Shown here: in pieces, positions 1-12,891 of the stretch
How the letters are laid out: each line of letters opens with the position of its first letter
How positions within the stretch are numbered: position 1 is the first letter of the stretch
Source: Camelus dromedarius
Lineage: Eukaryota
Assembly: GCF_036321535.1 (NCBI RefSeq)
Contig: NC_087437.1
Coordinates: forward strand, 72,170,001 to 72,234,000
Reading direction: 5' to 3'
DNA: 64,000 bases
The notes under the pieces: generated by a model
What the model was told of the DNA's origin: nothing
The model's database searches: none
The model's input: only the letters and a program-made list of their open reading frames with translations
Translations under genes and position numbers: made by a program

Positions 1-206
1 ACACTACTTTTTGCTTTTAGATGGAAATTTAATCTTGATTATAGATAGAGACAAGTTCCTAGTGGTGGTAACTGAACTCAGATCTTTCTTGAGAAGTATA
101 AGACACTGAAATTCACAACTGCTTTTGAAAATTAGAATGCATTTTTTGTTTCTTTATGAGCACTAATAAAAATACAGTGCATCTTCCTTAAGAAATGTTG
201 AGACTT

Positions 207-354
207 GGTGGGGAGGATATAGCTCAGTGGCAGAGTATGTACTTAGCAATGCAGAAGTCCTGGGTTCTATCTCCAGTACCTCTATTAAAATTAATAAATA
301 AACCCAATTATCTCCCTCTCTCAAAAATAAAATAAAAAAAATAAAAATTAAAAA
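207..354 (+). mobile_element. tRNA-derived SINE, camelid Vic-1-type
   Basis: GGGGAGGATATAGCTCAGTGG (A box), GGTTCTATCTCC (B-box-like) and an A-rich tail. Perfect 17-bp TSD AAGAAATGTTGAGACTT at 190-206 and 355-371. Confidence 0.9.
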
Positions 355-1259
355 AAGAAATGTTGAGACTTATCAAATACAATATAATTCAGTTAATGAA
401 TTTAAGTTTTTTTCCATCTTGCTTTAGATCTTAGAATTAGAGTGTTAGTGCTAAATGAAAACTTAAAGAGCATATTTTCAGTTGTAGCTGCTGAAAGTCT
501 GACATACTCAAGCATTCAAAAGAAGGAATCCCTTGAAGACACTCTTTTGCTACTGCTACCACCTATCTCTGTCTTTGTCTGTCTGTGTCTCTGTGTCTCT
601 CTCCTTTGACGATTCTACTTCCCCTAGATAAGAAAGAGATTTTTGTCACCCTCCTCTTCACCACTCAAACCCTTACAGTGTCCAGGACTCTCTAGGTGCC
701 TCAGTCCTGGACTGGGTGCTCTTCAACTCAGGTTTTGCTGACTATAGAGGGGGAGGGTTTGGATTCTACTCAATGAGAGAAAGCAAAAGTGGAGGCTCCA
801 TTTCATTTGTGTCTACTTATCACCTGAGTGATAAGGTTTATTTTCTTGCTGATTTGCCCTAGAAGCTTTGCCAAAATGAGTATTCATTTTGGGAGGAGAC
901 AACAGAGTCTAGTTGCATAAGATGAATAAATATTCCTTTTGATATCAAGATTTTGACCCTGCCTCTTGTGAAAACATTATCTTAATAACCTTAATAATGT
1001 GATCTGGTGACTGTAGACTCTTTCTGTCATTCTGAAAGGTTAGAAGCAGCTCTAGGAGGACAGAGAACAGGGTTTTTCCTACTTTGTTAACTGCCATATC
1101 CCTCGTGTATAGGACAGGGCTAAGTACAAAGTATAGCTCAATATGTATTGGTTGAAATAATGAATTTGTTTATCTTTCAAAATTTCCATCCTTCTCTCTG
1201 CCCATTAGAAGGAACTTTAAAATTCATTCTGCAATATATATGCTTGCACATGCATGCAT

Positions 1260-1290
<31 letters not shown>

Positions 1291-1302
1291 CACGCACACA
1301 CA
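1260..1302. repeat. (CA)n microsatellite, interrupted
   Basis: Read directly; explains the HTHT/CVCV ORFs at 1148-1532. Confidence 0.95.
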
Positions 1303-1849
1303 TGCAGAGTTTGGATCTTTCTTTGCCAGGTCTCTTTCCAGAGGTTCTTAGGCCCAGGCTGCTTTTGGTTCCTAGGGACCACTGGCTGGATGCAGAGAAG
1401 TACATAATTTACTTTACAGCTGAAGATAAGCATATCCAACTAAGCAAATGGGGAGGTAAATCTTGTGAAGACATGATAGACAATCTAAGTATGTTATCTA
1501 TCTTAAGAGACTTTGTAGAGAGGGTGAATTAGGGTATACAGCCATTGGGATGGAGCAAGTTGGACATCAAATAAAAAAAGAATGTTCCAAGTATAGTATG
1601 GGAGAGTCAAATTCTGGAGTAATCTTCAGATCCCAAGAAGCAGCCATGGCTTTTACAGGTGACTGTGGCCTCAGTGTGGGCAAGGAGAGTAAAGACAACC
1701 TGGTGTAGTTATAAATATTAAAAAGGAGGGCCAACTTCACTAAAATCTACCAGTCCACAGGGGGTAAAGAAGCTTTAATTATTTCTTAAGGTTTCGATCG
1801 ATTCAGAAAGTGACTTGTCAAGTAAAGAAAAATCCAACTAAACTGCTAT

Positions 1850-2330
1850 ATCAGCCAGGAAAGCCCAGCCCATGGCAGGCAGTCCAGTATTACTAATTTA
1901 ATACAGGGAACTAGTTACATAGGGGATGGGAAAGCTGAGAAACCAAATAAGGTCTTAAAGAGTGGCAACTCAAAGATGAGTCACAGCTGGAAGATACTAC
2001 CAGTCACAGGGCTGCAGGGACAAAAGAAGGAGATGATGTTTACCATAGAATAAGAGTCACTGCCACCTGGAGATGGATCTACAAGATGACTACTTGGTGG
2101 AAAATAGTACCATGGAAGAGAGATTATCGGCAGGAACTGAGATTATGGAGGAGACACAGCCAATGCTGAAGATACTGCCTGAAGCAGATGAAAAGGAGGA
2201 GAAATTCCCCACCTCCTCCTTTCCTTTCATTCTCCAATCTCCTGCAGTGCTGCCAGTGGACTATACCTAGTTGGACATCAGCTGGCAAGAGAGTTTAGCA
2301 ATATCACTTACAGGGAAGGATGTGAAATAA
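1850..2330. mobile_element. Ancient ERVL-type LTR remnant (LTR33/LTR41-like)
   Basis: AATTTAATACAGGGAACTAGTTACATAGGGGATGGGAAAGCTGAGAAACCAAA resembles the old ERVL LTR consensus from recall; boundaries approximate. Confidence 0.45.
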
Positions 2331-3011
2331 ATTTAAGGTAATGACAAGTACAATGGATTTTTAAAAAAGGTTTATTATTCCTATTTTATAGAAGGATCCT
2401 GAGGTAGACATTTGATAGTGTTGGTTCAGTGTCTATGAGGTAAAGGCTGATGGACCTGAATTCTCTTCACTGTCCCTCAGACACCTGAGATGGCCCATGC
2501 AGCTTCATTTCTCATACCCTATGTACCAGACAGGAGGAAGAGGGAAGAACCATGACAATCATTATGTATTTTTTATCAGAAAAAAACTAATATTTATTTT
2601 TCAGAATAGGCTTAGTCTGGCCTTGATGGAAAGGCTGAGAAACTGGAAAAGAATGGTCATAATTGGCTTAGACCCAATTAATGGTTCCCCATATAAAGTT
2701 GTGTACAATATAATCACAAACAAAACAGGGTTTCAGATGGCAATTAAGAGTGGGAAATGGAACCAGGTGAGTAGTTGGCAATATCTGCCAGGGTCACAGG
2801 TCATAAGGACACCCACTCATGCTGACTTGCTTCTGGCTTCAAAGCTTTAGAGAAGTTCTTAACCCTGGGGCTCACTGAATTTCAACCCTTGGTCCATCTC
2901 TGTTAGATATTTCACTATTTGCACATAACTTGGTTTGGATCACTAATACTTACCCTTAACATACTGACCTCCCCTACTTGGTATTCTGTATTCCGGTTCT
3001 GTTTACATAGG

Positions 3012-3290
3012 ATTCACTGAATAAACATTCAACACATATTTATTCAGCATCTACTCTGTACTAGGCACTGTTCTAGGAAGCTGAGCTACACTGATTTACA
3101 AAATTAGCAAAAAATCGTTACCCATTACAGAGCTTACATTTTGATAAGGAGAGACAAACAATAAACAGTAAACATAGCCTGTTAGAAGGAGGTCAGTGCT
3201 ATAGGAAAAAACAAACAGAGCAAAGTGAAGAGGATTGGAAGTTCCAAGGCAGGAGTATTTGCAATTTTAAGTAGGATGTTCAGGGGAACA
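3012..3290 (-). mobile_element. L2 LINE 3' fragment
   Basis: CATTCAACACATATTTATTCAGCATCTACTCTGTACTAGGCACTGTTCTAGG is the typical reverse-complement L2 3' end. Confidence 0.65.
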
Positions 3291-5171
3291 CTCTTTAATA
3301 CTGTAGCCTAATTTGACTTTTACTAGCATGGTTCTTTTTTTTCTTGAAAAAGTCAGACTGGTCTTTCTCATTGTTAGGAACCCTCACACTTCCCTTGGAT
3401 CTAGATAAATGTGAGAGTTTTTGTTTTGTTTTGTTTTTTGATTCAGAGTTTCTCTATCTTTCAAAGAGTGGTAATTCTCAGTTCTTTGAAGCTAGAATTT
3501 ATGTGTCACTTTGTTCTAGATTGTTGAAGAAACCATGTTAAGCAGCTAAATCAGCCAGGATTTTAAAAAATAAATTTGCTTTCACTAGCAGTTGTAGAGC
3601 TTTATTAGTTTCTATCAACAAATCTTTATCTAAACATTTCTGAATTCAACAGTTCTTAAAAATAGATATGATACTGTGAAACAGAGATATACCTTAATAA
3701 TTCTCAGCCACTGACTTCATGCTAATTTTATGCTTAACCACATAAATCCTCTGTTCTAAACTTCTGATCTTCTGAGTATAATTTTTTCCCAGGAAGGTGG
3801 TGCTGTGTGAAGATGATTACTCGGTTGCAAGGCTCAGTGTTGCTGGCTTTTTGCATGGATATCATCCCTCACCTGTTATATTCCACCTCATTTCATCAGC
3901 TCCAACTGGGCCAGCCCTCATCTTTCATCCCATTCCTATCCTTCCCAGTAGTCACAACAATTCTAGAGTTAGGTCCCTAGACCTGCCCTACCTGCACTAT
4001 ACTGAGTAAGTAACCAGCTGCCCCTGCTGAATCCTAAGCAGGGTAGCCCAGACTCGTAGGTAATCCATTCTTCTCTGAGAAGATTAAGAGCAATTCTCAC
4101 ATAAATCCAAAGCCATAGTGTTACCCCAATTCACTTTGTCCTCTACTAACTGAACACCATTTCAATTCTAAATACACTGTTTCTCTTTCCTGGGACTTCT
4201 TGTTAGAAATATTCTTCCTTCTGTAACCCTTGTAGTGTGTTAGGAATACTTTTATGTTTTGAAGTAACCTGGAATTCATATTTAGAGATGAAAACCAAAG
4301 TAATTCGAGTTCTGTTCTATTATTCTGGTGCTGGATAATTCTTTAAAAATTGGACTGCTCTCTGAGTCTTCAATCATGTATGTGCTAATGATAGAAAAAG
4401 CCATTGCTATTTCAATAGGTCATAGAGAAGACAGTTGAGGAATTCATTGGTAAGCTCTGGGTGTTGCTTTTTACAGTATTTAATTGTGAAATGTAGGTGA
4501 CTCATTGCCAAATTATTGCTACAAGGCTGCAATACTCCCAAAGAATTTTTACGTAAGATTTCAAATAGGGTTCAAAAAAAGGACTTCTAAAGAGAGAGAC
4601 ACACATAGATCAACAGAATGTCCAAATGTGGTGCCATGTAGGGAAATCCTGGTATAGTATTAATCCCTCTTGGAATGTACTGAATTTAAGGAATGTGGAA
4701 CATTTTTGTTGGAGCCTTAGTATTCATTTATAATATACCACCACCACCACCCAACTGAGACCAGAGTTTGCTCCAATATTTACTATGGGACTATAATGCT
4801 ATCAATGCAATGATCCATCATATGGAATTATAGCAGAGAAAAGCTATTAGCCAAACAATGAAAAGGTTGAACACTTGAACAAAGGTTTACTGACAGAACT
4901 AACATGTGTCAAATACTTTGCCAGGTATTAGGGATATGGAGATAAATAAGCATAGTCCCTCTTTTGAAGAAATTTACAGTCCAGGCCAAGAACTGCAAAT
5001 TTATGGCATATGATCCACTACTCCTTCCTGTAGCATCCAGGGCAGACATAAGTCTTTCTTAGGTGTTCAGTTGACACATTCTTCCACGCAGCCCTCTAGG
5101 AAGCCATTATCAAATAATTGAAGTTGACATGCAAGATTATACTAGTACTGTATTACTAGTAATCAGGGCTA

Positions 5172-5400
5172 ATGATGATGGAGGCTGACTCTGTAGCGAG
5201 GGTCCTATGCCACTTCCATGTATTAACTCATGTAATTTCCACAACAGTTCCTTTAGGTAGGTACTATTATTTTCATTTTACAGATAAGAAAACTGAGTCT
5301 TAGACTAACTTTACACATTAACATGGCTGGTAAACATCAAAACCAGGGTCTGAGCCCAGGCAATCTGAATCAAATTGTTTATACTATTTAACACTGCCCT
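5172..5400 (-). mobile_element. MIR SINE
   Basis: Core GGTAGGTACTATTATTTTCATTTTACAGATAAGAAAACTGAG. Confidence 0.7.
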
Positions 5401-6186
5401 TATATTTGCTCTCTAATTAAGTCCTTCAACTGTTTTAATGTGAAATTTCTCTCAAACTTTTCTTTTCTTGAAATAGAAGAAAATAAATTCTATGTTATAT
5501 TTTGTGCTTCTGATTTTCTTTTTCAAATCTATAAGTCTTCCAGATATTCTTTTTATTCATGCATGCAAGTATTACTGAACAAATACTGAGTTCCAAGCGC
5601 TGAACTAGACATTGGGAAATGGCAGTGATTAAGAAAGAACTTTCCCACCTCAGGGACCTGCTATTCTACCTATCTGAATGAGCGTCCTGGTCTTTAAATC
5701 TAGAACTCTGTCCTGGGGGCTTTATTCTGTGGATTTTAGGAGAAAGTCTGGCACAAGGGATGCTGTTCTCAGACTTGCTGAAGTGGGATCCAGCTCTGTG
5801 CCTACACACTACTGTATCATTGTGCAGGGTCTGTGTCCCACAACCTAAAAGAGTTGTAGCTTTGATTATCCTGACTGTGGCTTCAGGCTGAGAGGATCAG
5901 GGAAGAACAGTGAATCAATTTCCTTTCCAGGATGCAGCAAAGGCTGGGTTTTGGAAGTTGGAAGTTCAAGACAAGACCAAGCCATTAGAAAGATCACACC
6001 TACAGATTCTTGAGTCTGAATGTAAATTCAGGCTGCAAATATTGTCGTAGATCCAAACTGATTTTAAGATCCACAGAGTCACTGTACGCCTCAATGAGAC
6101 AGGAGGGAAGTTTCCTAGGCAGGTAGGCAGATACAGAGTGGGGCATTGAATACAATGGATTTAACTTGTGACAACTCAGGCCTCTT

Positions 6187-6261
6187 TTTTTTTTTTTTTA
6201 ACATTTTTTATTGATTTATAATCATTTTACAATGTGTCAAATTCCAGTGTTCAGCACAAAC
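6187..6261 (-). mobile_element. Extremely 5'-truncated young L1 (3' end plus poly-A only)
   Basis: Poly-T followed by AACATTTTTTATTGATTTATAATCATTTTACAATG...TCAAATTCCAGTGTTCAGCACA (camelid-type L1 3' terminus). 10-bp TSD CAGGCCTCTT at 6177-6186 and 6262-6271. Confidence 0.8.
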
Positions 6262-7644
6262 CAGGCCTCTTAAGGAAAGAGTTACAGATTTTTTTTTTTT
6301 TTCTGGAGAACAAGGTAAAACTTCAATTATCTTTTGTGGTTCAGCTCTATGGAAAAAATACATTATAAAATTTGAAAAAGATCAACTAAAAGCATTATAT
6401 ATAATGAATATATACTTAAGTTTATGTGTTTCTAGATTCATACATGTGAAAATACAAGGTACTAAAGATGGAATATGCGCAGGCTTTTCACCTACGTGAA
6501 ACCTCTAATTTAATTCTAATCTTATTTCTCAGGAAATGTACCTTATTTACTTCCATGTTATTTTCTGTGAAAATCAAGACAAGATGAGTTAATGTAAAGG
6601 ACTGGTGTGCATTTCTTGTGAGGAAAGTGTCCTGGGGTCACTGCTACTGCTTTTATTCAGTGCAGTGAATTTGGCCCCTGGGACAGGCAGGCAAGAGAAA
6701 GAATACTGGAGGGCATAGAATGCCTTGGATGGATATAAGTGATTTTTTGGCACCATTCAAAATTTATACCCTCTTGTCAGTTCAGCTCCTTTTTTAATAG
6801 TTCTCCTTCAAAATCATTCTTTTTAATTTAATCCTAGGGACTTAATCTGAAGGTAAGAAGAGGACTATCAGAATGACAGATCAGACATGTAGTTAGGATT
6901 AATTATAAACAATACTTCTCACCACCACCATGGATTCCTTTGGCCCCAAAGTGTGGAGCAGCATCAAAGGCTATCAGGCCCCAGAGGAGAGGAAGCAAGG
7001 TCTTGTAACATGGATTGCTTCCTGTTGTGAGGTATATTAGAGAGTTCTATGGAAATGAAAGTTCCCTCTAGCATATATAGCACTTCTAAACTAATAATGA
7101 AGGCATTGATAATCAGCCATAATGTGGTGGTGTTATGGCAAAGACAATCCAAAGCAAGGGGGAATCTAGGTTATGACCCAGGGCTCTGCACTTAGGGGCT
7201 AGATTTTCTGAGGGGACATGTAGAGCCCAGTGGCTCAGGACAACATGATGGTGTTTTGGGGGTGGCTGGGGGAAGAACTGAAGGTATCTGTGTCAGTGCA
7301 ATAGATATGAAGAGGATCAGGTTATCATCAATATTCTTTTGACCTCTGTGTACCTGCTACTCCCCAGGGCAGCCTCCACACAAGGCAGAGCCTGGCAACC
7401 AGCTGGCCTGGGGGCCAGATACATCTACCAGAGAACCCACTGTAGTCAGCCTACCACAACAGAAGGACCCACAGAGTCCATATAAGGACTACCCCCTGGA
7501 CTAGATCACATAGCTCTGGTTGACCATAGGTGAGTGCGTTGCTGGGATGCATGTTATACCTCCTACATAAGGCCAGTTCTCTGAGATTGGGAGATGTAAC
7601 CAACTCACCAAATGCATAGAAATAAAAACACCAGATTAGGAAAA

Positions 7645-8524
7645 ATGGGGTGACAGAGGAACATGTTCCAAGTAAAGAACCAAGATAAAACCCCAGAAGA
7701 AAAACTAAGTAAACTGGAGATTAGTATACCACCCAATAAAGAGTTCAAATTAAAGATCATAAACATGTTCAAAGAACTCATCTGAAGAATGGATGAAGAC
7801 AATGAGAAGTTAAAAGAGTTAGAAAATATAAAGAAGAAGCAAACAGACTAGACTATAATAAATAAAGTAAAAAAGAAACTAGAAGGAAGCAACAGTACAT
7901 AATACAGAGGAGTGGATCAGTGAACTGGAAGACAGAGTAGTGAAAACCACTCAAGCCAAACAGAGGAAAAAAGAATTTTTTAAAATGAAGACAGTTTAAG
8001 TAAGAGACCCCTGAAACAATATCAAGCATAGTAACATCTGCATTATAGGGGTCCTGAAGGAAAGGGAAGAGAGAGAGAGAGAGAGACATAGGCAGAGAAT
8101 ATATTTGAAGATAAAATAGCTGAAAATTTCACTAACTTCGGATAGGAAACGGAAATCCAGGACCAGGAAGCACAGAAAGTCCCAAACAGGATCAACCCAA
8201 AGAGGACTACACCAAGACACAATACAATGAAAGTAGCAAAAATTAAAGATAAAAGGAGAATATTAAAAGCAGCAAAGGAAAAGCAACAAGTTACATACAA
8301 GGGAACTCCCATAAAGCTATCAGCTGAATTTTCAGCAGAAACTCTGAAGGCCAGAAGGGAGTGGCACAATATATATAAAGTGATGAAAGGAAAAAATCTA
8401 CAACCAAGCAAGGCTATCACTCAGATGTGACGGAGAAATCAAAAGTTTTACAGACAAGCAAAAGCTGAAAGAGTTCAGCACCATGAAACCAACTGTATAA
8501 GCAACATCAAAAGAGTTTCTCTAA
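7645..8524 (+). pseudogene. L1 ORF1 (disrupted)
   Basis: Starts MG*QRNMFQ; carries frameshifts and stops; conserved C-terminal motifs in ORF 8227-8430. Confidence 0.85.
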
Positions 8525-9019
8525 GTGGAAATAAAAAGGCCACAACTAGAAATACAAAAATTACAAAAGGGAAATTTTCATTGATTAAGGCAAATACACA
8601 GCAAAGGCAGTAAATTAGTCATAAAGCTAGTAGGAAGGGTAAAAGACAAAAGTAGTAAGGTCATCTATATCCACAGTAAGTAGTTAAGGGATACACAAAA
8701 CAAAAAGATATAAAATATCAAAATGTCAAAAACAGTAAATGGAAGAGGGAGTAAAAAGGCAGTATTGTCAAAATGAATTCAAACTTAAGAGATCAGCAAC
8801 TTAAAATAATCATATATATGTACATATATATATATATGAATGAACATAAATATATCTCATGGCAACCACAAACCAAAAATCTGTAACAGATACAAACACA
8901 AAACAGAAAAAGCAATCCAAACATACCACTAAAGATAGTCATCAAAACACAAGGGAAGAGAGCAAAAGAAGACAGGAATAGGAAAGAACTATAAGAACAA
9001 CCCCTAAACAATTATTAAA

Positions 9020-12000
9020 ATGGCAATAAGTACATATATATCAATAATTACTTTAAAAGTAAATGGACTAAATATTCTAATCAAAAGACATAGATTGGTT
9101 AAATGGATATAAAAACAAGACCCATATAAATAAGCTGCCTACAAGAGAGATGCACTTCAGATATAAAAACACACACCAACTGAAAGTGAGGGGAAGGAAG
9201 AAAATATTCCATATAAATGGAATTTTAAAAAGCTATGGTAGGAATATTTATATCAGAAAAAATAGACTTTAAAACAAAGACTATAAAAAGATGCAAAGAA
9301 GGACATTACATAATGATAAAGAAAACAATCCAAGAAGAATTTATAACAATTGTAAATATGCATGTACTCAACATAGGAACACCTAAATACATAAAGCAAA
9401 TATTAACAGACAGAAAGGGGGAAATTGACAGTAACACAATAATAGTAGGGGATTTTAACACCCTTCTTACATGAATTGACAGATCATTCAGACAGAAAAT
9501 CAATTAAAAAAAAAAAAACACTGGCCTTAAATGACACATTAGACTGCATGTACTTAATAGATATCTATCTATATATCCATAAATAGATATATTGAACTTT
9601 CCATCCAAAAGCAGCAGAATATAGTCTTTTCAAGTGTGTACGGAACATTCTCCAGGACAGATCACACATCAAGCCACAAAAGAAGTGTCAGAAAATTTAA
9701 GAAGATTGAAATCATATCAAGCATTTTTTCTGACCACAATGCTATAAGATTAGAATCAACTACAAGAAAAAAACTGCAAAAAACACAAACACGTGGAGGT
9801 TAAACAATATGCTACCAAATAAACAATGAACGATTGAAGAAATCAAAGGAGAAATCAAAAACTACATGGAGACAAATGAAAATGAAAATACAATGATTCA
9901 AAATCTTTGAGATGCAGCAAAAGCAATTCTAAGAGGGAAGTTTATAGCAATACAAGCCTACCTCAGGAAACAAGAAAAATCTCAAGTAAACAATCTAACC
10001 ATACACCTAAAGGAACTAGAAAAAGAAAAACAAACAAACATGAAATTAGTAGAGGAAAGGAATCATAAAGATCAGAGCAGAAATAAATTAAATTGAGGCT
10101 AAAAAAATAATAGAAAAGATCAATGAAACCAAGAGCTGGTTATATGAAAAGATAGGCAAATTTGGTAAATCTTTAGCTAGATTCGTCAAGAAAAAAAGAG
10201 AATAAGCTCACTCAATAAAACTAAAAATGTAAAAGAAGTTACAACTGACACCACAGAAATACCAAGGATCATACAAAATTACTATGAACAATTATTTACC
10301 AATAAAATGAACAACCTAGAAGAAATGGACAAATTCTAGAAATGCACAATCACCCAAGACAGAATCAAGAGGAAACAGAAAATGAACAGACCAATTAGCA
10401 GTAATGAAATTGAATCAATTATTGAAAAATAAATAAATAAATAAAACCTCACAAACAAACAAAAGTCCAGGGCCAGATGACTTCACAGGTGAATATCAAA
10501 CATTTAGAGAAGAGTTAGAACCTATCCTTCTCAAACTATTTCAAAAAATTAGAGGAAGGAATGCTTCTGAATTCATTCTACAAAGTCAGCAATACCCTGA
10601 CACTAAAACTAGACAAAAATATCACAAAAAAAGAAAATTGCAGACCAAAATCCCTGATTAACATAAAAGCAAAAATCCTCAATAAAATATTAGCAAACTG
10701 AATTCAACAATACATTAAAAGGATCATACACCATGATTAAGTGGGATTTATCCTAGAGATGCATGGATGTTTCACTATCCACAAATCAATCAATGGTGAT
10801 ACACCACATTAACCAACTGAAGAATAAAAACTATATGGTTATCTCAACAGGTGCAGAAAAAACTTTTGATAAATTCAACATCCATTTATGATTAAAAAAC
10901 AACTCTCAACAAAGTGGGTTGAGGGAATATACCTCAATATAAAAACAGCTATATATGACAATCCCAAAGCTAACATTATACTCAACAGTGAAAAGCTGAA
11001 AGTAATTCCTTTAAGATCAAGAACAAGACAATGATGTTCCCTCTTGCCACTTTTATTCAACAAAGCACTGGAAGTTCTAGTCATAGCGATCAGATAAGAA
11101 AAAGACATAAAAGGAATCCAAATTGAAAGAAGTAAAACTGTCCCTGTTTTCAGATGAAAACACAGAAAATCCTACAGATGCATAAAAAGCTTCTAGAACT
11201 CATCAATGAATTTGATAAAGTTTTGGAATACAAAATTAATACACAGAAATCTGTTGCATTTCTATACACTAGCAACAATCAGAAACAGAAATTAAGAAAA
11301 TCCCAGTTACAATCACATAAAAAGGAAGGAAATACCTAGGAATAAATTTAACTAAGGATGAAAAATAGCAGTACTTGGAAAACTATAAGTTACTGATGAA
11401 AGAAACTGAAGATGACACAAACAGATGAAATATATACCATGTTCATGAGTTGGAAAAATCAATATTGTTAAAATGACCACACTACCCAAGGCAATCTACG
11501 GATTCAATACAACTTCTGTCAAAATAGCAATGGCATTTTTCACAGAACTAGAACAAATAATTCACAATTTGTATGGAAACACAAGACCCTGAATAGCCAC
11601 AACAATCTCAAAAAAGAAGAACAAAACTGGAGGTATGACATGACCTGATTTGAAACTATACTACAAAGCTACAGTAGTCAAAACAGTATGGTACCGGCAC
11701 AAAACAGACACAGAAGTCAATGGAACAGAATAGAAAGCCCAGAAATGAACCTACACTTATATGGGCAATTAATCTATTTCAAAAGAGGCAAGAGTATATA
11801 ATGGGGAGAAAGTCATCTTTTTCAATAAATGATGTGAGGATAACTGGATAGTTACATGCAAAAGAATCAAACTGGACTACTTTCTCACACCATATAGAAA
11901 AATAAATTCAAAATGGATTAAAGAGTTAGAAGAACAGAAATCATAACTTTTAGAAGAAAACATAGGCAGTATGCTCCTTGATGTCAATGTCAGTAATTTT

Positions 12001-12840
12001 TTTTTTGGATATGTCTCCTCAGGCAAGGGAATCAAAACCAAAAATATACAAATGGGACTACATCAAACTAAAAAACTTTTGCACAGTTATGGAAACTATC
12101 AACAAAATGAAAAGGCTGCCTTCTGAATATTAGATGATATTTGCAAATAACATATCCAATAAGGGTTAATTTCCAAAGTATAGAAAGAATTCATACAACT
12201 CAGTATCAAAAAAAAACCAAACAACCAGGAAGCAGGTATAGCTTAGTGGTAGAGTGCATGCTTAGCATGCAGGAGTTCCTGGGTTAAATCCCCAGTACCT
12301 CCATTAATCAATCAATCAATCAATCAATCAATCTAATTACTCGCCCCCAATTTTTTTTTAAACTTGAAATAATTAAAAAAAAAACAACCCAACTAAATGG
12401 GCAGAGACCTGAACTGACATTTTTCCAAAGATGACATACAGATGGCCAAAAGCACATGACAAGATGCTTAATATCAATAATCATTAGGGAAATGCAAATC
12501 AAAACTACAATGAGATATCACCTCACAGAATGGCTATCATCAAAAAGATAACAAATAACAAGTACTGGCAAGGACATAGGGAAAAGGGAACCCTCACGTG
12601 CTGTTAGGGGGAATGTAAATTGGTCCAGCCAATATGGAAAACAGTATGAAGTTTCTTTAAAATTTTTAAATAGAACTACTATAGGATTCAGCTATTCTAC
12701 TCCTGAATATTTATTTGAAGAAAAATAAAACACCAATTCAAAAAGAAATATGCACCCCTATGTTCACTGCAGTATTATTGACAATAACCAAGGTTTGAAA
12801 GCAACCTAAGTGCCCATCAATAGATGAATGGTTAAAGAAG
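9020..12840 (+). pseudogene. L1 ORF2 endonuclease/reverse transcriptase (disrupted)
   Basis: ATGGCAATAAGTACA start, EN motif GDFN, many stops. The RT catalytic LFADDM reads LFSDEN at ~11144-11160 with an adjacent small deletion. Interrupted by a SINE. Confidence 0.9.
12227..12381 (+). mobile_element. Vic-1-type SINE inserted in L1 ORF2
   Basis: GGTATAGCTTAGTGGTAGAGTGCATGCTTAGCATGCAGGAGTTCCTGGGTTAAATCCCCAGTACCTCC, then (AATC)n. TSD AAACAACC at 12219-12226 and 12382-12389. Confidence 0.9.
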
Positions 12841-12844
12841 ATAG

Positions 12845-12891
<47 letters not shown>

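Noticed and set aside
207..290. tRNA gene call for the SINE heads (also at 12227 and 34134)
   Set aside because: A and B boxes are present, but each is followed by a SINE body, A-rich tail and TSD, so these are retroposed SINEs.
680..712. 10-bp inverted repeat GTCCAGGACT/AGTCCTGGAC
   Set aside because: Too short for a miRNA or MITE call; expected by chance in 64 kb.
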